Source of the DNA: an uncultured Thermoleophilia bacterium | GTDB lineage: Bacteria > Actinomycetota > Thermoleophilia > UBA2241 | Reading direction: 5' to 3' | Assembly: GCA_963702475.1 (NCBI GenBank) | Contig: CAVPCT010000001.1 | Location: 200,545 to 264,544 of the forward strand | Length of the DNA stretch: 64,000 bases | Shown: positions 1 through 10,444 of the stretch, piece after piece | Layout: every line of letters begins with the position of its first letter | Position numbering within the stretch: position 1 is the stretch's first letter | The notes under the pieces: model-generated | What the model was told of the DNA's origin: nothing | The model's database searches: none | Seen by the model: the letters and a program-made list of their open reading frames with translations, nothing else | Program-made: the position numbers and the translations under genes

Positions 1-1510
<1,510 letters not shown>

Positions 1511-1638
1511 CGCTCGCCTTCCTGCTCTCCCGGCACCCACGGGGCCGAGGGTAAAGTATTCTATCGCGGGACCAGATGTCCGTCCCGGGCGGGCGGCCCG
1601 CCGTGCGCGGGGCGCGTCCGGTCGAAAGGAGGATCTCG

Positions 1639-2991
1639 ATGTCGGTGCCCAGGCTCGTGCTCTGCGGCCTCGAGCCCGGTCCGGCCCTCGCCCTCACCGC
1701 CGGCGCCGTGCTGGCGTCCCCCGGGCGTGGACGCACCGCCCGGGCCGTGACCGTCGGCGTCGACCTGCCCCTGTGGCGCCTCCTTCAGGCGAGTCCCGGG
1801 CGGGGGCCCCGTGTGCTCGACCCTGCGTTGCACGGCGAGTCCATGCTCGAGCTGTTCGACTCCTGGTGTGCCGGGATGGACCTGGTGCTTGTGGTCGCCG
1901 TCGAACCGGCGCTCGACCGCTGGCAAGGTGTCCGCGGGTCGCGCGCCGTGGACCTCGCGGCGGGCCTCGACGCGCCCCTCGTGCTCGTGCTCGAGGCCGG
2001 TGGGCGCGGCGCCACGGCCGCCGCCGCCGCGCGCGGGGTGCGCGACCTCGCCGGCCGCGCCGAGGTCGCCGGTGTGATCGTGGTGGGGGCGGACGACGCG
2101 CGCGTCGCGGAGCTCCGCGCGGTGCTGGGCGCCGACGCGGCTCTACCGGTGCTCGGCTGGGTCCCGCCGCGCCTCAGTGCGGTCTTCAGCGGTCTCTACG
2201 ATGGCTTGCGTCGGCCGGGCGACGCTGCGGGGGCGCAGCAGGTGTGCGCGGAGGCGTCATCCTTCCTGGACGCGGCCGAGCTGTCCGCGGCCGCGGCCCG
2301 CCGAGGGTTCGTGCCGGCTCGGCCGCGGCGCGTGCTCACGCCGGACCGCGGCGCCTCCGGCCTCACGCTCGCCGTGGCCGTGGCGTCGCCTCTCGAGCCG
2401 TTCGCGCCCGAGAACGTCGACCTGCTCCAAGCCGTGGGGTTGCGCATCGAGCGGTTCGACCTGGGCCGCGACGAGTCGCTTCCGGACGGGTCGTCGGGAC
2501 TCCTGCTGTGCGGCGGCCTGGACGAAGGCGGCCTGAGCGGATTCGCCGCCAACGAGCCGCTCAACGCCGCCCTGGCGGCCGCGGTCGCGGCCGGGCTACC
2601 CACGCTCGCCATGGGTGGAGGCTGCCTCCTGCTGCTGGACGGGCTGGCCGACACGCGAGGCGTCGTCCACCAACTCGCCGGCGCCTACGCCGGAGAGGCC
2701 GAACTGCTCGGGTGGTACGAGCGTCCCCGCTACGTGCCCGTGAGGGCGGCGCCCGGCAACCCTTACGACCGCGGAGACGGCGTGTTCTACGACCTGTTCG
2801 ACGAAGACTTCCTGCTCCTCGAACAGGAGGCCGTCGCGTATGAGGTGAGTGGGCCCGCCGGGCAGGGCGAGACCGACGGTCTGGCCCTGCCCGGCTGTCT
2901 CGCCACCACGCTCGTGGCGTCCCTGCCCGGGAGTCCGGCGCTCGCCGCGGGGTTCGTGGCGGCGATGAAGGCGTGGGAGCGGCCCGCGTGA
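1639..2991 (+). CDS. Cobyrinate a,c-diamide synthase (CbiA/CobB)-like protein with degenerate catalytic motifs
   Basis: RBS AAGGAGG before ATG 1639. CbiA-like layout (MSVPRLVL.., DLAAGLDAPLVLVL, PVLGWVP, ENVDLL..G, GLLLCGG, GLPTLAMGGG), but the P-loop GKT and the GATase ECGG are absent. Confidence 0.7.
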   Translation: MSVPRLVLCGLEPGPALALTAGAVLASPGRGRTARAVTVGVDLPLWRLLQASPGRGPRVLDPALHGESMLELFDSWCAGMDLVLVVAVEPALDRWQGVRGSRAVDLAAGLDAPLVLVLEAGGRGATAAAAARGVRDLAGRAEVAGVIVVGADDARVAELRAVLGADAALPVLGWVPPRLSAVFSGLYDGLRRPGDAAGAQQVCAEASSFLDAAELSAAAARRGFVPARPRRVLTPDRGASGLTLAVAVASPLEPFAPENVDLLQAVGLRIERFDLGRDESLPDGSSGLLLCGGLDEGGLSGFAANEPLNAALAAAVAAGLPTLAMGGGCLLLLDGLADTRGVVHQLAGAYAGEAELLGWYERPRYVPVRAAPGNPYDRGDGVFYDLFDEDFLLLEQEAVAYEVSGPAGQGETDGLALPGCLATTLVASLPGSPALAAGFVAAMKAWERPA

Positions 2992-4709
2992 GCTCCCCGG
3001 CCACCGCGCTGCCAGTCCCGCGGGCCATCCGCTTGCCGTCTCGCGGCTCGCTCGTCTGGCTCTTCGTCTCCCCGGTGGCGGCGCTGACCCTCGCCGGCCT
3101 CACGATGTACCTCCTCGGCGTCTCGGGGGGCGATGACCCCGCTCACCTCTACAAGATCGCCCTTCTTCGTGACGGGCAGTCGGTGCTGTGGGACAACTAC
3201 TGGTACGGCGGCTCCTACGGGGCGCTCACGTACGGCCTCGTGTACTACTGGCTCGCCCAGTTCGTACCGGGCATCGCCATCACGGTGCTCGCCGGCGGTG
3301 CTCTGCCGCTGTTGTTCCACCTGTACCTGCGGGACGGCTGGGGGGTCACATCACGGGCCCCTGCCTGGACGCTGGCGGTCGTCATGGTGGTGTACCTGGC
3401 GTGGGGCCAGTCGCCGTTCCTGCTGGCGATGTGCCTCACGATGGGTGGGCTGGCGCTGCTGGCGCGCGGCCGGCCGTACGTGGCCGCGCTTCTCTGCGGC
3501 GTGGGCGTCTTCACCAACCCGCTGGCCCTTGTGGCGGCTGGCGTGTTCCTCCTCGGCATGCTCGCGGGCCGGCCTGACTCCAGGCGCCCCGTACTCCGCT
3601 TCGTCCTCGCCATGCTCCCCGTGGTGGCCGTCCGCGTCGCCCTCGCCGCCGTCTTCGCGGCGCCGGCGTGGGAGTTCCACTACACGGCCGAGCTGGCGGG
3701 GCTGGCGGCCGTCGCCGTGATCGGTATCCTGCTGGCGCGTGCCTCGGAGGAGCCTTCGCTGCGTGCCCTGCAGTGGGTGTTCGTGGCGCTCCTCGCCGTC
3801 GTCGTGCCGGCCTACCTGCTGCCGGACACGCAGATCGGCAACAACGCCGGGCGTTTCTTCTACGTGTTCGGCGGGCCGCTGCTGGTGGCAGTGGCGTGGC
3901 CGAGCCGGCTCCCCCGGGTCGTGCCGCTCGTCGCCGTGGCCGTGGTTCTCGCGTTCCAGCTCGCCTTCCCGGTGTGGATGCTCGCCAGGGCGCCGACGTT
4001 CACGGCCACCCGCGAGGCGTTCTTCGCCTCGGCCCTGCGCTACGCGGCCACCGTGTACGACCCGGACTTCCGCTTTCACGTGGTGACGCCCGAGATGCAC
4101 TGGGAGTCGTACTACTTCCCTGCCGCCGGGTTTCCCATCACCCGTGGCTGGTACCGCCAGGCCGACGCCCTGCACAACGTGGACCTGTACGATGAGCAGC
4201 TCACGCCCGACGCCTACGCGTTCTGGCTGCGGCGCCTGGCGGTGGAGTACGTGTTCGTGCCGCACGCTCCTCTGGTATCCACCTCGAAGCGGGAGGCGGC
4301 TATCCTCGCCTCGTCGCCCGATTTTCGGCTCGTGTATCGCGGCAACCAGTGGACCGTCTACAGGCTCCTCGACGCGGAGCCCCTCGTGGTGCCGCTGGCG
4401 CAGGCGGACGCCCGGGTGTTCACGATGGACCACACCAGCATCCGCTTCGGGGTCACGCGCCCGGGGCCGTATCTCGTCAAGGTGACGTGGTCGCCGTACT
4501 GGCAGGTGGCGAGGGCGCCGTCCGGCCCGGCCTTGAGCGGCAGGGACGGGCATGCCGGGCAGCGGTGGCGGGCCGACGCTCTGGAACCCGCCCGCGAGCT
4601 TCTGAGCGAGGACTCGCACGGCTTCATCATCTTCCGCGCCCCCGCCGAGGGCGTCTACGCGCTGCGCTTCGACGTGGCCGGCACCGCTCAGGCGGAGCTC
4701 ATGCAGTGA
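2988..4709 (+). CDS. Polytopic membrane protein, putative GT-C-fold glycosyltransferase (paralog 1)
   Basis: GTGA overlap with the upstream stop. Many TM segments, DDPAH..WDNYWYGG in the first loop, GFPITRGWYRQAD in a soluble C-terminal domain. Confidence 0.65.
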   Translation: MSSPATALPVPRAIRLPSRGSLVWLFVSPVAALTLAGLTMYLLGVSGGDDPAHLYKIALLRDGQSVLWDNYWYGGSYGALTYGLVYYWLAQFVPGIAITVLAGGALPLLFHLYLRDGWGVTSRAPAWTLAVVMVVYLAWGQSPFLLAMCLTMGGLALLARGRPYVAALLCGVGVFTNPLALVAAGVFLLGMLAGRPDSRRPVLRFVLAMLPVVAVRVALAAVFAAPAWEFHYTAELAGLAAVAVIGILLARASEEPSLRALQWVFVALLAVVVPAYLLPDTQIGNNAGRFFYVFGGPLLVAVAWPSRLPRVVPLVAVAVVLAFQLAFPVWMLARAPTFTATREAFFASALRYAATVYDPDFRFHVVTPEMHWESYYFPAAGFPITRGWYRQADALHNVDLYDEQLTPDAYAFWLRRLAVEYVFVPHAPLVSTSKREAAILASSPDFRLVYRGNQWTVYRLLDAEPLVVPLAQADARVFTMDHTSIRFGVTRPGPYLVKVTWSPYWQVARAPSGPALSGRDGHAGQRWRADALEPARELLSEDSHGFIIFRAPAEGVYALRFDVAGTAQAELMQ

Positions 4710-4731
4710 CACCTGCCGGAGGGGTGCGACG

Positions 4732-6381
4732 GTGACGCTCGCCGGAGTCGAGGACCGCCTCAAATCGCGGGGCGGCCTCCTGGCGCTGTGGCTGACCGCC
4801 ACCGCCGCGGCCGCCCTCGTGGCCGTGCTCATGTGGTCGAACGGCGTCCCCGGCTGGGACGACTTCGCCCACGCCTACAAGGTCTTCCTCCTGCGTCGCG
4901 GCGACTCGGTCTTCTGGGACAGCTACTGGTACGGCGGCTCCTATGGGGCGGTCAACTACGGGTTCGTCTTCTACTGGCTGGCGCAGTACGTGCCGGCCAA
5001 ACTGATCGTCGTGCTCGCCGCGGGTGCCATACCGCCGCTCTACTACGTCTACCAGCGGGATCTGTGGCACTGCGACGACGTGTGGCCCGCCTGGGCCTTC
5101 GCTGGGGTGATGAGCGTCTACCTGGCACACGGTCAGGACCCCTTCCTGCTCGGCCTGGCGCTCACACTGGGCGGACTCGCGCTGCTCGCCCGCGACCATC
5201 CCCTCCTCGCGGCGCTGCCGGTCGCGCTCGGCGTGTTCGCGAACCCCATGGCGTTCGTGGTGTGCGGGCCGCTCATGGTCGCCGACGTGCTCGGGCGCCC
5301 GGACTGCCGCCGGCGCTATCTGTGGTTCTTCGTCGCCCTGGCGCCGTTCGTGCTCGTGCGTCTGGGTCTGGCGGCGGCGTTCAGCGAGCCCGGCGACTAT
5401 CTCAACGAGACCTCGCAGCTCATGTTGTACCTCGGGTTCGCGCTCGCCGGGCTGGCCCTCGCGGGTGTGAACGCCGTCCACCCCCGCCGCCCGTTCACCA
5501 TCCTCTTTCTCACGTACTCTGCCCTGTGCGTGCTGTCCTTCGTCACGCCGGGGAGCCCCTTGGGCAACAACATCGGACGGTTCTTCTTCGTGTTCGGGTT
5601 CCCGCTCCTGTTCCTGCTCCGCCACTCGCGGCTCAAGCGACCGTTCCCGTACGGCGACCTGGCGATGATCCCGATCGTCCTGTTCGGACTGCTGCAGGTC
5701 AGCGCCCCGTACAGCCACTTCACGCGCACGGACGAGTGGCCGCAGACGCGCGCCGCGTTCTTCGCCCCGGCACTGGCCGCGGCGCGCGACTACTACGACC
5801 CCGACTATCGCATCCACGTGGTGGCGCTGCGCCGCCACGGGGAGGCGGCTTACTTCCCGAAGGCCGGTTTCCCGATCACCCGCGGCTGGTACCGCCAGGC
5901 GGACGCCGTGCACAATGGGCTCTTCTACACCACCTACGACGCCGCCGCCTACGCGGCGTGGTTGAGGGCGATGGGCGTGGAGTACGTCTTCCTCGCGGAT
6001 GCGCCGCTCGACGCGTGGAGTCAGCGGGAGGTCCGCATCCTGCGGACGTCGCCGCAGTTCGAGCCGGTGAAGAAGACGGGCGTCTGGACGATCTACCGCC
6101 TGCGGCGCCCCGAGCCGCTCCTCGTCGGCCTGGAGGGCGGGAGTGGGGACATCCGCCGTGTCGGCCACCGCGAGATCGACTTCAGGGTCGGCGCGCCGGG
6201 CCGGTACAAGCTGAAGTTCTCATGGTCGCCGTACTGGTCACTCGAGGGCGGAGGCGGGGAGCTCGCTCCCGACGAGGGCTTCATCGGCCTGCGTCTGGAC
6301 GCCTCCGGCCCCCACGTCCTGCGCTTCGTCGTCACACCGGGCCGTGTGCTGGACACGACACTCGAGAAGCTGGGGATCTGA
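4732..6381 (+). CDS. Polytopic membrane protein, putative GT-C-fold glycosyltransferase (paralog 2)
   Basis: Shares DDFAH..WDSYWYGGSYGA, GNNIGRFFFVFG, YFP.AGFPITRGWYRQADA.HN and WSPYW with the preceding gene. Confidence 0.65.
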   Translation: MTLAGVEDRLKSRGGLLALWLTATAAAALVAVLMWSNGVPGWDDFAHAYKVFLLRRGDSVFWDSYWYGGSYGAVNYGFVFYWLAQYVPAKLIVVLAAGAIPPLYYVYQRDLWHCDDVWPAWAFAGVMSVYLAHGQDPFLLGLALTLGGLALLARDHPLLAALPVALGVFANPMAFVVCGPLMVADVLGRPDCRRRYLWFFVALAPFVLVRLGLAAAFSEPGDYLNETSQLMLYLGFALAGLALAGVNAVHPRRPFTILFLTYSALCVLSFVTPGSPLGNNIGRFFFVFGFPLLFLLRHSRLKRPFPYGDLAMIPIVLFGLLQVSAPYSHFTRTDEWPQTRAAFFAPALAAARDYYDPDYRIHVVALRRHGEAAYFPKAGFPITRGWYRQADAVHNGLFYTTYDAAAYAAWLRAMGVEYVFLADAPLDAWSQREVRILRTSPQFEPVKKTGVWTIYRLRRPEPLLVGLEGGSGDIRRVGHREIDFRVGAPGRYKLKFSWSPYWSLEGGGGELAPDEGFIGLRLDASGPHVLRFVVTPGRVLDTTLEKLGI

Positions 6382-6422
6382 GCCGGCCGGGCGTCGGCGC
6401 AGGCTGGTGTAGACTGCCGCTC

Positions 6423-7520
6423 ATGTCGCCTGAGCGCCTCTCTGCCGACCTGTTCGCCCTCCCCGTCGACGCCATCAGGGAGGGGTTCTACACGGACGCC
6501 TATTTCAACGGCGCCCGCCGGGTCCTGGAGGAGCAGAAGCTGCACCCGCGCGTCACGATGCAGGTCTTCCAGAAGCGCGAGGACACCCTTCTCTGCGGCA
6601 TGGACGAGGCGTTGGCGGCGCTGCGCCTGTGCGCCGGACGCTACGCGGGTGAGGGGCAGCACCGCCGTTGGGAACCAGGCTGGGACCGGCTCGTCGTGCA
6701 CGCCCTGCGCGACGGCGACGAGCCGGCCTCGTGGGAGACGGTGATGACCATCGAGGGCGACTACGGCCTGTTCGCACACCTCGAGACCGTCTACCTCGGG
6801 CTGCTGAGCCGGCGCACGCTCATCGCGAGCAACGTGCGCCGCGCGGTGCGCGCCGCTTCCGGCAAGCCGGTCCTGTACTTCCCGGCCCGCTTCGACCACT
6901 GGGCGGTCCAGCCGGGCGACGGCCACGCGGCGCGCGTGGGAGGCGCATCCGGCGTCAGCACCGACGCTCAGGCGGCCTGGTGGGGAGGCAGGGGTATCGG
7001 CACCGTCCCGCACGCCCTCATCGCCTGCTGCGGCGGCGACACCGTGGAGGCCGTGCGCCGCTTCGCCGACGTCCACTATCCCGCGGTCGACGTCGTCGCG
7101 TTGGTCGACTTCGACAACGACAGCGTGAGCACCAGCCTGGCGTGCGCGCGCGCCCTGGGCGAGCGCCTGTGGGGCGTGCGCCTGGACACCAGCGAGACCA
7201 TGGTCGACCGCTCGCTCTGGCATACCATGGGCAGCTTCCGCCCCGTCGGTGTCGCGCCGGAGCTCGTGCGCGAGGTCCGGCGCGCTCTGGACGCCGAGGG
7301 CTTCCAGCGGGTGCGCATCGTGGTGAGCGGAGGGTTCGACGCGGACCGCATCGCCGGTTTCGAGGCGCAGGGCGTGCCTGTCGATGCCTACGGCGTGGGC
7401 AGCAGCCTGCTGCGCGGCGCGACCGACTTCACGGCCGACGTCGTGCAGCTGGACGGCAGGCCGTGCGCCAAGGTGGGCCGCGCGCACCGCCCCAGCCCGC
7501 GGCTCGAGCGGGTTCGCTGA
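6423..7520 (+). CDS. pncB: Nicotinate phosphoribosyltransferase
   Basis: YTDAYF, GTVPHALI, GVRLDTS, IVVSGG, DAYGVGS, DFTADVV, AKVGR motifs; adjacent to a nicotinamidase gene. Confidence 0.85.
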   Translation: MSPERLSADLFALPVDAIREGFYTDAYFNGARRVLEEQKLHPRVTMQVFQKREDTLLCGMDEALAALRLCAGRYAGEGQHRRWEPGWDRLVVHALRDGDEPASWETVMTIEGDYGLFAHLETVYLGLLSRRTLIASNVRRAVRAASGKPVLYFPARFDHWAVQPGDGHAARVGGASGVSTDAQAAWWGGRGIGTVPHALIACCGGDTVEAVRRFADVHYPAVDVVALVDFDNDSVSTSLACARALGERLWGVRLDTSETMVDRSLWHTMGSFRPVGVAPELVREVRRALDAEGFQRVRIVVSGGFDADRIAGFEAQGVPVDAYGVGSSLLRGATDFTADVVQLDGRPCAKVGRAHRPSPRLERVR

Positions 7521-7546
7521 CAAGCCTCGAGGGGCAGATTCTGCGC

Positions 7547-8101
7547 ATGGACACGTACACGCCCGACCCCGCCACCGCCGTCGTCGTCATCGACATGCTC
7601 GTGGGCTTCTGCCGGCACGGCAACCTCCACAGCCCTCGCTTCGAACCGCTGGTGCCGCGCCTGTACGCGCACCTCAAGCGGGCCGAGGAGAAGGGCGCCC
7701 ACCTTGTGTTCCTGGCCGATACGCATGCCCCGGACGACCCCGAGTTCCGCATGTTCCCGCCGCACTGCGTGGAGGGCTCGGGCGAGGAGGAGGTCGTGCC
7801 GGAGCTGGCCGAGTTCGTGCGACGCGGCACCCTGGTGCGCAAGCACACCTTCTCGGGGTTCAGGGGTACGGAGCTGGACGACGTCCTCACGCGACTGGCG
7901 CCGAAGCGCGTGGAGGTCGCGGGCGTGTGCACCGACATCTGCGTGCTGCACACCGTGTACGACCTCGAGGTGCGGGGCTACGAGGTCGTCGTGCGCAAGA
8001 GCCTGGTGGAGACGTACGACGCGCCCGGGCACGACGCCGAGGAGTTCAACCGCTTCGCTCTGGGGCACATCCGCGACGTTCTGGGCGCGGCGGTGGAGTG
8101 A
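7547..8101 (+). CDS. pncA: Nicotinamidase / isochorismatase-family cysteine hydrolase
   Basis: VVIDM, DTH, FPPHC, K..FSGF, GVCTDICV motifs. Confidence 0.85.
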   Translation: MDTYTPDPATAVVVIDMLVGFCRHGNLHSPRFEPLVPRLYAHLKRAEEKGAHLVFLADTHAPDDPEFRMFPPHCVEGSGEEEVVPELAEFVRRGTLVRKHTFSGFRGTELDDVLTRLAPKRVEVAGVCTDICVLHTVYDLEVRGYEVVVRKSLVETYDAPGHDAEEFNRFALGHIRDVLGAAVE

Positions 8102-8104
8102 CCG

Positions 8105-8740
8105 TCAGTGTTCGCCCTCGGCGTTCACGGCGTCTTTGCCGTCCAGCAGGTCGACGAAGCTCTGCGAGCGGCGTCCGATGACCGTCGTGGGGTCGATCAG
8201 GGCGGCCTTCTTCCACTGGTCACGCGCCTGTCGGGAGCGGTCGGTCGAGAAGTAGATGATGGCCAGCGAGTAGTGGGCCTCCTGGTCGCCGGGTCTGGCA
8301 GCCAGCACCTTGGTGATGGCCTTCTCGGCGCGTTTGGTCTGTCCGTCGGCGTGCCACACCATCGCGAGCTTCACCTTGGCGGCGGCGCTGTCGGGGTCCA
8401 GCGCCAGCACGTCGGCGTACACGTTCGCCGCGCGCGCGTTGTGCTGGGCCATGAAGTGGGCGTCACCAAGCTTCAGGAGGGTCTGGATGTCGTCGGGGTC
8501 GTCGGCCACCTCGCCCTCGAGCCGGGCGATGGTCTGCTGGATGGACGTGCTCGCGCTGGGGGCGGGCGAAACGGTCGCGGCCCCGGAGTCGCCCACGCTG
8601 GGGTGTCCGGACGGGAGCCCGTCGGGACTGGTCGCGCCCGCCGTTCCGGACTCATCGCCGGAGCGCAACCCCACCGCCACGACGAGCGTGGCGAGGGCGA
8701 GCGCCAGCGCAACGCCGGTCAGCAGGTAGTGTCTCCTCAA
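8105..8740 (-). CDS. Membrane-anchored TPR-repeat protein
   Basis: N-terminal TM helix, LPSGHP motif, about three TPR repeats. Start uncertain (TTG 8740; the ORF is open to 8842). Confidence 0.7.
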   Translation of the reverse strand: MRRHYLLTGVALALALATLVVAVGLRSGDESGTAGATSPDGLPSGHPSVGDSGAATVSPAPSASTSIQQTIARLEGEVADDPDDIQTLLKLGDAHFMAQHNARAANVYADVLALDPDSAAAKVKLAMVWHADGQTKRAEKAITKVLAARPGDQEAHYSLAIIYFSTDRSRQARDQWKKAALIDPTTVIGRRSQSFVDLLDGKDAVNAEGEH

Positions 8741-8851
8741 ACGGGTCCTTTCCGGGCGGTGGAACAGGCTCAGGCAGGATAGCACCGGCACACCGGCGCT
8801 CGCGACCGCCGGAGGCCTCCTGGGGCCTGTGGCGGAGCGCATCCAACCAAC

Positions 8852-8868
8852 CTTAACCGGCGCTTAAC
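8852..8868. promoter_or_regulatory. Tandem direct repeat CTTAAC-N5-CTTAAC, possible OmpR-family binding site
   Basis: AT-rich hexamer repeated with an 11-bp period upstream of the TPR gene. Confidence 0.35.
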
Positions 8869-8922
8869 ACCTGTCGCCGGTCGAGTCTCTCACCCGCCGC
8901 CGCCGGGCCTGGAGAGGCCGTG

Positions 8923-8973
8923 TTGACGCGCCGCCGCGGCGAGGATACAGTTCAAGAAGACCGTTTTCGTCCT
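8923..8973 (+). promoter_or_regulatory. Sigma70-type promoter and putative Rrf2 autoregulatory operator
   Basis: TTGACG(8923)-17 nt-TACAGT(8946), followed by the imperfect inverted repeat AAGAC-N7-GTCCT (8957-8973). Confidence 0.5.
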
Positions 8974-8998
8974 GTCTCGAAGCGACGGTGAGGTACGC

Positions 8999-9415
8999 AT
9001 GGGACTCCAGCTCACGCGCGGTGGCGAGTACGCCATCCGGGCCATGACGTATCTGGCACGTTTCCCCGACGGGCATGTGGCGTCCCTGCACGACATCGGG
9101 CAGGCGCAGGACATCCCGGAGAGCTTCCTCGCCAAGATCCTGCAGAGTCTCGTGCACGGAGGGCTGGCCGTGTCGCAGCGCGGCGCGCACGGTGGCTTCG
9201 CCCTTGCGCGCCCGGCCTCCGATATCACCATGCGGGACGTCATCGAGGCTGTGGACGGCCCGGTGGCCCTCAATCAGTGCGTGCTGTGGCCCGAGGACTG
9301 CCAGCGAAGCGGCGATTGCGAGACCCACAAGGCCTGGGCCAGGGCGCAGGCGCAGCTCATGGACGTGCTCGACACGGTCACGCTGCGAACCCTGGCCCCG
9401 ACCCCAGTCGGCTGA
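8999..9415 (+). CDS. Rrf2-family transcriptional regulator with likely Fe-S ligands
   Basis: EYAIRAM, IPESFLAKILQSL, RGAHGGFAL, C-x6-C-x5-C-x2-H. Confidence 0.9.
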   Translation: MGLQLTRGGEYAIRAMTYLARFPDGHVASLHDIGQAQDIPESFLAKILQSLVHGGLAVSQRGAHGGFALARPASDITMRDVIEAVDGPVALNQCVLWPEDCQRSGDCETHKAWARAQAQLMDVLDTVTLRTLAPTPVG

Positions 9416-9445
9416 GGCCCCGGGGGCGGGCTCCCGCCCGCCCCG

Positions 9446-10417
9446 TCAGGACCCGTACCCCTCCGGGTGCGTCTGCATCCACGCCCAGGCGTCGCGCACG
9501 GCGTCCTCCAGCGAACGCGACGGACGCCAGCCCAGTAGCTCCCCGGCGCGTCGGTTGCCTGCCACCAGGGCGGGCGGGTCGCCCGGGCGGCGCGCGGCGA
9601 CGCGGGCGCGCAACTCCCGGCCGGTGACGCGCCGCACGGCGTCGAGCACTGTGTGCACCGAGTCGCCGGTCCCCGTCCCCAGGTTGAACGCGCCCTGGAC
9701 GCCGGGCAGCGCCTCCAGGGCGGCGATGTGGGCGTCGGCGAGGTCGGCCACGTGGACGTAGTCGCGCACACACGTGCCGTCCATCGTGGGGTAGTCGTCG
9801 CCGAACACGTCCAGGGTACCGCCGTCGCGGGCGGCGCGCAGCGCCAGAGGTACCAGGTGCGACTCGGGGTCGTGGTCCTCACCGCACGGGCCGTCGGCGC
9901 CGCAGGCGTTGAAGTAGCGGAGCGCCGTGAAGGCGAGGTCGCCGCGAGACCGCGCCTCGCCGAGGAGGCGTTCTCCTTCGAGCTTGCCGGCGCCGTAGGG
10001 ATTGGAGGGCGTGAGGGGGTCCTCCTCGTCGATGGGGACCCCCTCGGGCTCGCCGTACACGGCGGCGGTGGAAGAGAACACCAGGCGGCCGGCCCCGGCC
10101 GCGCACGCGGCCGCGCTCACGGCCGCCGTGCCGTTCACGTTGACGTCGTGGTACCAGGCGGGCTCGCGCACCGACTCGCCCACCTCGGCGAGCGCCGCCA
10201 TGTGCACCACGGCTTCGCAGCGGTGCGCGCGCAGCGCCTCCGTGAGGCGCACGCGGTCGCGCACGTCGCCCCGCTCGAAGGCCGCGCCCGCGGCCACCGC
10301 GCCGCGGTGGCCGCGGAACAGGTCGTCGTACACGGTGACGTCGTGGCCGCGCTGCAGCAGCCTGCGCGTGATCACGCTGCCGATGTAGCCGGCCCCGCCG
10401 GTGACCATGACCCTCAT
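9446..10417 (-). CDS. galE: UDP-glucose 4-epimerase
   Basis: VTGGAGYIGS, FSSTAAVYG, YGAGK, LRYFNACGA, DGTCVRDYVHV, RRPGDP. Confidence 0.92.
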   Translation of the reverse strand: MRVMVTGGAGYIGSVITRRLLQRGHDVTVYDDLFRGHRGAVAAGAAFERGDVRDRVRLTEALRAHRCEAVVHMAALAEVGESVREPAWYHDVNVNGTAAVSAAACAAGAGRLVFSSTAAVYGEPEGVPIDEEDPLTPSNPYGAGKLEGERLLGEARSRGDLAFTALRYFNACGADGPCGEDHDPESHLVPLALRAARDGGTLDVFGDDYPTMDGTCVRDYVHVADLADAHIAALEALPGVQGAFNLGTGTGDSVHTVLDAVRRVTGRELRARVAARRPGDPPALVAGNRRAGELLGWRPSRSLEDAVRDAWAWMQTHPEGYGS

Positions 10418-10444
10418 GTGGTGTCCCCGGTCCCGCCGGCCCAT

